The translations under genes and the position numbers were made by a program. From the IMG/VR virus record IMGVR_UViG_3300042564_003823, positions 32,189 to 96,188 of that record: a stretch of DNA of 64,000 nucleotides; one strand, 5' to 3'. This DNA comes from a virus. Positions 58,204 to 64,000 of this stretch are shown here, in pieces. The number at the start of each line of letters is the position of its first letter. Position 1 is the stretch's first letter. Under the pieces are notes generated by a model that was not told the origin of the DNA, did not search any database, and worked only from the letters and a program-made list of their open reading frames with translations.

Positions 58204-59664
58204 ATGTCAATTTACCGTTCTTATTTTGATAAATCAAACACGTTAATATATAATTCGTATACCAATACGGCAAGAAACCCAATTGTTGAATTATTTTACG
58301 GTAGGGTAAATAATTTGGCTCAACCAATAGGATATAGCCGTTATATATTTAACATAGATTTATCTAAACTTACTGAAAAATTTTTAGATTATACAATATC
58401 AACCGGGTGTACTAAATTTAACAACATTAGTCACACTTTAAGAATGAAAAACACATCTTTTTTTGATAAAGAACTAATAAACGATAAAACATCTCAAGGA
58501 AGAAGAAGGGCAACGTCTTTTGATTTAATTTTATTTAGAATCCCTCAGAATCAACCATGGGATAGTGGTGTTGGTTATGATTACTACGATTTTGGTGTGA
58601 CAAATTTAAATGATAGATCTTTTTCACAAAGACCGTCAAATTGGTTTGAGACATTAACTATAAGTGGTTGGACGACCCCAGGCATTTACAGTAACACAAA
58701 TTCTGTCACAGGTACAGGTGTAAATTATACCGGATTAACAATTATTGATACACAACACTTTGAGTTTGGAAATGAAGATATAGAGTTTAATATGTCCAAT
58801 GAAATAAACTCAATTTTAAGTGGTGGAACTACGGGAGTTACCGGTTATGGAATTGCTTTTTTACCTCAAGTTGAAAATATTTCAGGTATGACTGAAAATT
58901 ATTCGGTTGGTTTCTTTTCTCCTTATACTCAAACTTTTTATGAGCCATTTTTAGAGACAACATATGATGATTTTATAAATGATGATAGAAATAATTTTTA
59001 TGCTGGTGTGAATAATAATTTATACTTATATATATATGAAAATGGCAACCCAATTAATTTAGACACATTACCAACGGTTGATATTTTGGATTCAAATGGT
59101 GATCCTGTAGTTGGTTTTACTTCACTTACAACTTGTTTAGTGACAAAGGGTGTTTATAAAGTTACAATATCAGGGTTCACATCAACATCAATACCGTGTT
59201 TATTTTCTGACGTATGGAAGGGGTTATCAATAAACGGTACATCTTTATCTAATGTTGAAAATGAATTCGCGGTACTTGAAACCGCAGGAAATTATCAAAT
59301 TGGAACAACAACGAGTAACCCTAAAATTTTTGGATTTTCAGTAAGTGGTATAAAACAAAATGAAAAAATATTAAATACCGACATTAGGAAAGTAAATTTA
59401 ACAATCAAACAAGCTTATTCGTCTAATTCTGTTTTAAATCCTGTGGAATGTTATTATAGAATATATGTTAGAGAGGGGGCAAATACAGAAGTACAAGTAC
59501 AAGATTGGACAAGGATAAATAAAACTCCAGACGGATACTATTTTGTTTTTGACACAACAGATAAAATACCAAATGAATATTTTGTTGACGTAAAAGTGAT
59601 AAGTGATAAAAACGTAGATACTTATAAAAGAGAACTACAATTTCAAATAGTGAATAAATTATAA
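58204..59664 (+). CDS. Virion structural protein
   Basis: SRYIFNIDL, W.SG.G, FFSPYTQTFYEPFLE; TATTTAT upstream. Confidence 0.55.
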   Translation: MSIYRSYFDKSNTLIYNSYTNTARNPIVELFYGRVNNLAQPIGYSRYIFNIDLSKLTEKFLDYTISTGCTKFNNISHTLRMKNTSFFDKELINDKTSQGRRRATSFDLILFRIPQNQPWDSGVGYDYYDFGVTNLNDRSFSQRPSNWFETLTISGWTTPGIYSNTNSVTGTGVNYTGLTIIDTQHFEFGNEDIEFNMSNEINSILSGGTTGVTGYGIAFLPQVENISGMTENYSVGFFSPYTQTFYEPFLETTYDDFINDDRNNFYAGVNNNLYLYIYENGNPINLDTLPTVDILDSNGDPVVGFTSLTTCLVTKGVYKVTISGFTSTSIPCLFSDVWKGLSINGTSLSNVENEFAVLETAGNYQIGTTTSNPKIFGFSVSGIKQNEKILNTDIRKVNLTIKQAYSSNSVLNPVECYYRIYVREGANTEVQVQDWTRINKTPDGYYFVFDTTDKIPNEYFVDVKVISDKNVDTYKRELQFQIVNKL

Positions 59665-59676
59665 AAATAAAAAATT

Positions 59677-61476
59677 ATGGCAGATAATGCACAATTATGT
59701 TACAATACAGGAAGAACTCTAAACATAAATTACAATGGTCTACCAATATCAATAGGAGATATTGTGTATGCTAATGTATCAGATTTTTCAAAGTATGGTT
59801 GTTTTGAAATTACCGATTCGGACGTAACCGGTTCAACACTAAATGCTCAAACAATATATACTGATTGTTATGATTGTTTAAATAATAACTTTGGTACTGT
59901 TACTTTTAATACTTGTAACAGTGATATAGAAGATGTTGAGGTACCAATATCTGAATTAGGTTATTTACCAACGGCAGGTGATTCTTTTTATGGTACAGTT
60001 GACGTTGTTGGTAAAATAATTTCAAGAATTACAACTTGTTGGGAAGTCCGATCAATACAACAATACCTTAATGAAGATGAATATAATAAAATAACATTAT
60101 CTTCAATAGTTGGTGCAACCACTTCTTACGTGTCGTCGGGGCAGACAACTGCTTGTGAAGAATGTTTTTTAGCAAATGCAACAACTTATTCGGTTAGTCG
60201 TTGTAATGAAGAGACTACTGATTATGTATTATTATTACCTGGGTATGATGGAAATACAATATCATACACTGATGGCACAAATATATATTGTGGTGTTGTT
60301 GGATCACAAGGTACGGGATCACCAGAATGGACATTTGTTTCTGATTATGGTAATCCTGGTGATGGTAATTTTTGTGAAGATTGTTTAGCAACAGAAAATC
60401 AAAAAATATTACTTGAAAGTTGTACGGACCCAACAAATCAACTAGTTGTTTGGTCTTCAACTTTATTTGGTATTGGTGATTATTCACATCTATCAACTGA
60501 TGATGGGTGTTTTAGAATTGTAGGACCAACGGATGAAGAAATTTCAAGTCCATATTTTTTAAATTTTGTTCCATCACCAGGATGTGATCCTTGTATTGAA
60601 TGTAATGGAATTACCTATGAGTATAGTACTTGTAGTGAAGAACCAAACAGAGGAATTGTTTATTTGTATCAATATTTACCATCAGGTACAACTTATTGGG
60701 ATCCATATCAACAATCCTGCACAACTATAGGTAATATTACAACGGGTGGTGGTGATTATACTTTATATAGTGTAAATACTTTTGATGATTGTACTAATTG
60801 TAATGAAACCTCAAATTTTGAATTATGGTATGGAACAATTTGTGAAACAGGTCAAGACATTTATGTAACAACAGTTTCATCTGCCGGATTAACCGCAGGA
60901 AACGTCGTAAAAACAATGTGGGGTTCAAATGAATACGTTTGTGTTGAATTAGATAGTGCCGCTTCAGGTGTGGATTCTGGAACGTGGTATGATACCAAAA
61001 AAGATAGTTTAGGTAATACTGAATTATATAATGGTTGCACAACATGTATTAGTACTTCAAGTATTGTTGTGGGATTAATTAAGTGTGATACGGACGAAGA
61101 AAGTTTTGTAACGATTAGTTTAAGTAATTATCTTTCAATAATTGGAAATGGATTTACTTTACCAAATTACACAATAAGAGACCAAAGACAAAATTGTTAT
61201 ACAATTACAAGTGTATGTCCACTACCTAGTTCAGCATCAACTGAAAGTATGTCTGTGGCATATTTTTTCTACAGTTGTCAGTATTGTCCTGATCAAATTA
61301 TTACAAGCGCTAATACAGAATATAACACATGTGTAATATGTTGTGAGTGTGGATCAACAGGTAGTACAGTTAACTCGGTATCTACGCCTCACCCTATCTA
61401 CACTGATGGTTATAATAACCCTATAATGCAATTAAACATGGTTGTATTAGGTGGACCAAATGGTTTAAATAGTTAA
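59677..61476 (+). CDS. Cys-rich repeat protein (about 8 CxxC-terminated units)
   Basis: CYDC, CEEC, CEDC, CDPC, CTNC, CTTC, CQYC, CVICCEC. Confidence 0.6.
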   Translation: MADNAQLCYNTGRTLNINYNGLPISIGDIVYANVSDFSKYGCFEITDSDVTGSTLNAQTIYTDCYDCLNNNFGTVTFNTCNSDIEDVEVPISELGYLPTAGDSFYGTVDVVGKIISRITTCWEVRSIQQYLNEDEYNKITLSSIVGATTSYVSSGQTTACEECFLANATTYSVSRCNEETTDYVLLLPGYDGNTISYTDGTNIYCGVVGSQGTGSPEWTFVSDYGNPGDGNFCEDCLATENQKILLESCTDPTNQLVVWSSTLFGIGDYSHLSTDDGCFRIVGPTDEEISSPYFLNFVPSPGCDPCIECNGITYEYSTCSEEPNRGIVYLYQYLPSGTTYWDPYQQSCTTIGNITTGGGDYTLYSVNTFDDCTNCNETSNFELWYGTICETGQDIYVTTVSSAGLTAGNVVKTMWGSNEYVCVELDSAASGVDSGTWYDTKKDSLGNTELYNGCTTCISTSSIVVGLIKCDTDEESFVTISLSNYLSIIGNGFTLPNYTIRDQRQNCYTITSVCPLPSSASTESMSVAYFFYSCQYCPDQIITSANTEYNTCVICCECGSTGSTVNSVSTPHPIYTDGYNNPIMQLNMVVLGGPNGLNS

Positions 61477-61480
61477 AAAA

Positions 61481-61930
61481 ATGGATATCAGTAAAATAAT
61501 AAAAAGAGTATTAAGAGAAGAAGAAAAAAAACATTCAAGTAGATACATGTTCTTTTCAAATCTTGAACAAATGAGAAGACAATGTGATATGTTGTTAGAT
61601 ATGGATCAAGATGAAATTGAATCTATTTTAGAAAACGGTCACGATTGGGCTCAAGACCATATCTCTGAAGCTAAAAATAATATGGACCAAGTTTTTGATT
61701 TTTTAAAAAATGAAATGGAAGGCGGTAGTGATTATGAAGAAGACGAAGATATGATTGAAGAAGGTCGTAAAAAAACGGGAACAAAATTATGTGCTAGAGG
61801 TAAGTCCGCAGCTAAGGCTAAATTTGACGTGTACCCAAGTGCATATGCAAATGGTTATGCTGTACAAGTTTGTAAAGGAAAAATAAAAGGATTAGACGGT
61901 AAAAAACATTGTTCAGGAGCCTTTTGTTAA
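61481..61930 (+). CDS. Late protein with an I/L-x-E leader and a C-terminal 'KF.VYPSAYANG' module
   Basis: MDISKIIKRVLREEE; CARGKSAAKAKFDVYPSAYANGYAVQVCKG. Confidence 0.6.
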   Translation: MDISKIIKRVLREEEKKHSSRYMFFSNLEQMRRQCDMLLDMDQDEIESILENGHDWAQDHISEAKNNMDQVFDFLKNEMEGGSDYEEDEDMIEEGRKKTGTKLCARGKSAAKAKFDVYPSAYANGYAVQVCKGKIKGLDGKKHCSGAFC

Positions 61931-62643
61931 AGACTTGATAAAATATTTCTTATTATAATATCTAAAGACTCATTTTGAGTCTTTTTCTTTTTTGGTTTGT
62001 AAGATGTCATTACAGGTTTTTGACCTTTACCTGATTGTGTGTCTTTTTTCTCGGCCCTTCTTTTTTGTTGACATGCGGATCTTTTTTGTGAATCTGACAT
62101 TTTACCTGCAACTCCAGCTGCTCTACATTTAGGGTATGCCCCCTTACTAGTATCACTTCTTCCACAAGGAGGATGTTTACCGTCAACTTTTCTACATATA
62201 TCAACCCATGGACCTTTTGGTTGTGAAGAACCCTTTGGTTTTTTCTTTTTTCCAAACCAAACGGCTAAATCTTCATTTAGAGGGATTTTATCTAATTCAA
62301 CCCATTCATTAACAGGAACAATTCTTTTACCTTTACCAGGTGTTTGATTTATTATTCCTCCGTCTTCATCATTTGCTTGAGGATGTTTTTTATTATATTT
62401 AGAAATTTTACGAGATTTTGATTCTAATTTTTTTCTATTTTTTTTGTGTGAATCTAAACTACCATCATAACTATCATATTCTAAATCTGCATTAAAAAAT
62501 TTTGAAACTTTATTTGTAAAGGGCCCCATAGCACTGTCTTCCCAATCTATTTCACCCATTGTTAATGGTCCATTATAATAACCTGCATATCTGTCAGAAT
62601 TAGCCTCTTTCAATATGTTTTTAACAATTAAATTAATGTTCAT
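61927..62643 (-). CDS. Basic late protein with an I/L-x-E leader and a 'WF...WVDI...CGR...YPKCR' module
   Basis: MNINLIVKNILKEANS; EDLAVWF..GPWVDICR..PCGRS...YPKCR; TATTTAT at 62663-62669. Confidence 0.6.
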   Translation of the reverse strand: MNINLIVKNILKEANSDRYAGYYNGPLTMGEIDWEDSAMGPFTNKVSKFFNADLEYDSYDGSLDSHKKNRKKLESKSRKISKYNKKHPQANDEDGGIINQTPGKGKRIVPVNEWVELDKIPLNEDLAVWFGKKKKPKGSSQPKGPWVDICRKVDGKHPPCGRSDTSKGAYPKCRAAGVAGKMSDSQKRSACQQKRRAEKKDTQSGKGQKPVMTSYKPKKKKTQNESLDIIIRNILSSL

Positions 62644-63104
62644 AGATTCTTCCTATTATCTAATAAATATCTGTATATTGTTAAATGTGTGTGATAAAAT
62701 ACTAATGTTATTATACCCCAAGTTTCCGCCCAAAATAATCCATTAAATAAAAAAAGAGAAGATAACAAAAATATAATTAGATAGTATCTAAACTTTTTTA
62801 TACTCCATAATGAAACACCTGAAAAAATAAAAAATAGTATTGCAAAAATATTATGTAAAACAAAATGGTCGGTTACTGAAAATGAAGTTAAAAGTAAAAG
62901 AAGTGTTGCAGGTACTCTCCATTTTGGTATTTTAAAAAAGAAAAAACTAACAAGGGTGTTTGTGATTATGAAAAGTGGTTGGAGTGGTGTTTCCCATGAT
63001 CTTGATATTGCTTGTTCATCACCATATAGGAAATAAATGATGAAAGGTTGAACCACCGCTAATGCCGATGCAAACAACCTTTCAAACATATCCCATCTAT
63101 TCAT
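62640..63104 (-). CDS. Integral membrane protein (about 5-6 TM segments)
   Basis: Multiple hydrophobic segments; LHNIFAILFF. Confidence 0.65.
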   Translation of the reverse strand: MNRWDMFERLFASALAVVQPFIIYFLYGDEQAISRSWETPLQPLFIITNTLVSFFFFKIPKWRVPATLLLLLTSFSVTDHFVLHNIFAILFFIFSGVSLWSIKKFRYYLIIFLLSSLFLFNGLFWAETWGIITLVFYHTHLTIYRYLLDNRKNL

Positions 63105-64000
63105 TTATCTAATCATTTTTCTCATAGTTCCATCATCATAAATTTCAATTATAATTCCATGTGCATTTTCAGGTTTAACTTCTTGCCCTAATAAATTTAT
63201 ATATTTAACAATTTTTTTGTTTGTACTATCCCTTGTGATAACTATCGGACCATATGTTTCAAATTTACCATCAATATCAAATTGTTGTAACCTATAATAA
63301 ACAATACTATTTAAATTATTATCAATGTAATAATATTTTAATTCTTCTGTTGAATTTCCTGCTGACGGAATTGTTGTTATTTTTCTCCAGTTTTCACCAT
63401 CAATACTTGATTCTAAATCAAAATGACTTGAATTTTGTTCGGAATCGGTAGACCATTTTATTACGTTCCATTGTTGGTATGGTAATCCCTCAAATTGAGT
63501 TAATTCAACAGGTAATGCAACACTTAATAGTACACTATATTCTTCTATTTCACCATAACCATACCCTGTCGAATAATAAGCATCATTTGTTGGAGTTGCA
63601 TTCCAAACAGAAAGTACTCTCATTTTAACTGTACCCCCGATAGCATCATTTGGTACATTAACAGAAGCGGAACCTGTTGCACCTGGTGCTGATAATAACA
63701 CATTTTCTGTTGTTTGAAATACTCCGTCTTGGTCCCAATCAATCCAAGCGACATAACCAGGGTACGAACCAAAAGTTAGTGTACCTGAAACAGATATTGT
63801 ATAAACGCCACCAATATCTAAATTACCGACAATTGAAAGGTAATCAGAATATGCGTCTCCGTCTTCAGTAGATGTGTTATTAATATCACTTAAAGTTACA
63901 TTTGTAATATAATCACCATCACTAACCCCATAAGTATATGGTGGTGCAAGTTCTAATGTGACTAAAATTGGTGATGTAACACCGGCGGGACAAGAACCAT
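63105..64000 (-). CDS. GEVED-domain protein with a Bacteroidota T9SS-type C-terminal region (partial; start lies beyond the window)
   Basis: Frame is open to 64000 (DYITNVTL...AWIDWDQDGVF...MRV...YGEIEEY); LPVELTQF..W.T.SE.N..F..E.S.DG..YYRLQQFDIDG; C-terminal YINLLGQEV...IEIYDDG...K. Confidence 0.8.
   Translation of the reverse strand, partial: GSCPAGVTSPILVTLELAPPYTYGVSDGDYITNVTLSDINNTSTEDGDAYSDYLSIVGNLDIGGVYTISVSGTLTFGSYPGYVAWIDWDQDGVFQTTENVLLSAPGATGSASVNVPNDAIGGTVKMRVLSVWNATPTNDAYYSTGYGYGEIEEYSVLLSVALPVELTQFEGLPYQQWNVIKWSTDSEQNSSHFDLESSIDGENWRKITTIPSAGNSTEELKYYYIDNNLNSIVYYRLQQFDIDGKFETYGPIVITRDSTNKKIVKYINLLGQEVKPENAHGIIIEIYDDGTMRKMIR

Noticed and set aside
1-64000. Stop-codon reassignment (TAG/TGA), as in some jumbo phages
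   Set aside because: Core genes are full length in code 11, and TAG and TGA serve as genuine stops
1-64000. CRISPR array, tRNA/rRNA genes, integrase or transposase
   Set aside because: No repeat-spacer periodicity or recognisable RNA gene or recombinase was seen; intergenic gaps are short

Overview
This AT-rich window is part of a large T4-like/jumbo myophage genome read in standard code 11, probably infecting a Bacteroidota host. The host inference rests on the absence of Shine-Dalgarno motifs and on a GEVED/T9SS-type gene at the right end. From left to right it holds: a contractile-tail module (baseplate protein, tape measure, tail/hub assembly chaperone, tube, sheath, tail completion and neck proteins); an SNF2 helicase, SOD and family-B DNA polymerase; a block of tail-fibre/decoration genes; small late proteins including a stand-alone WYL domain; a ~17 kb glycan locus (many glycosyltransferases, GT10/GT11 fucosyltransferases, three FkbM methyltransferases, gmd/fcl) interleaved with an exonuclease, dUTPase and PhoH; a gp55-like late sigma factor; and baseplate spike and Cys-rich structural genes. 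There are four main leads. (1) A short [S/T]-[G/A]-x-[T/S] motif is strongly enriched across unrelated virion proteins and could be the sequon for a phage-encoded virion glycosylation system. (2) A family of late proteins, including SOD, WYL and a HAD enzyme, shares an 'I/L-x-E' helical leader that looks like a capsid-targeting/prohead-protease tag. (3) There is a candidate +1 (UUU_CGC) programmed frameshift in the tail chaperone gene. (4) A TATTTAT(A) late-promoter motif precedes about 18 genes, often only 4-5 nt before the ATG. All functional calls come from motif recognition by eye; no database searches were run.
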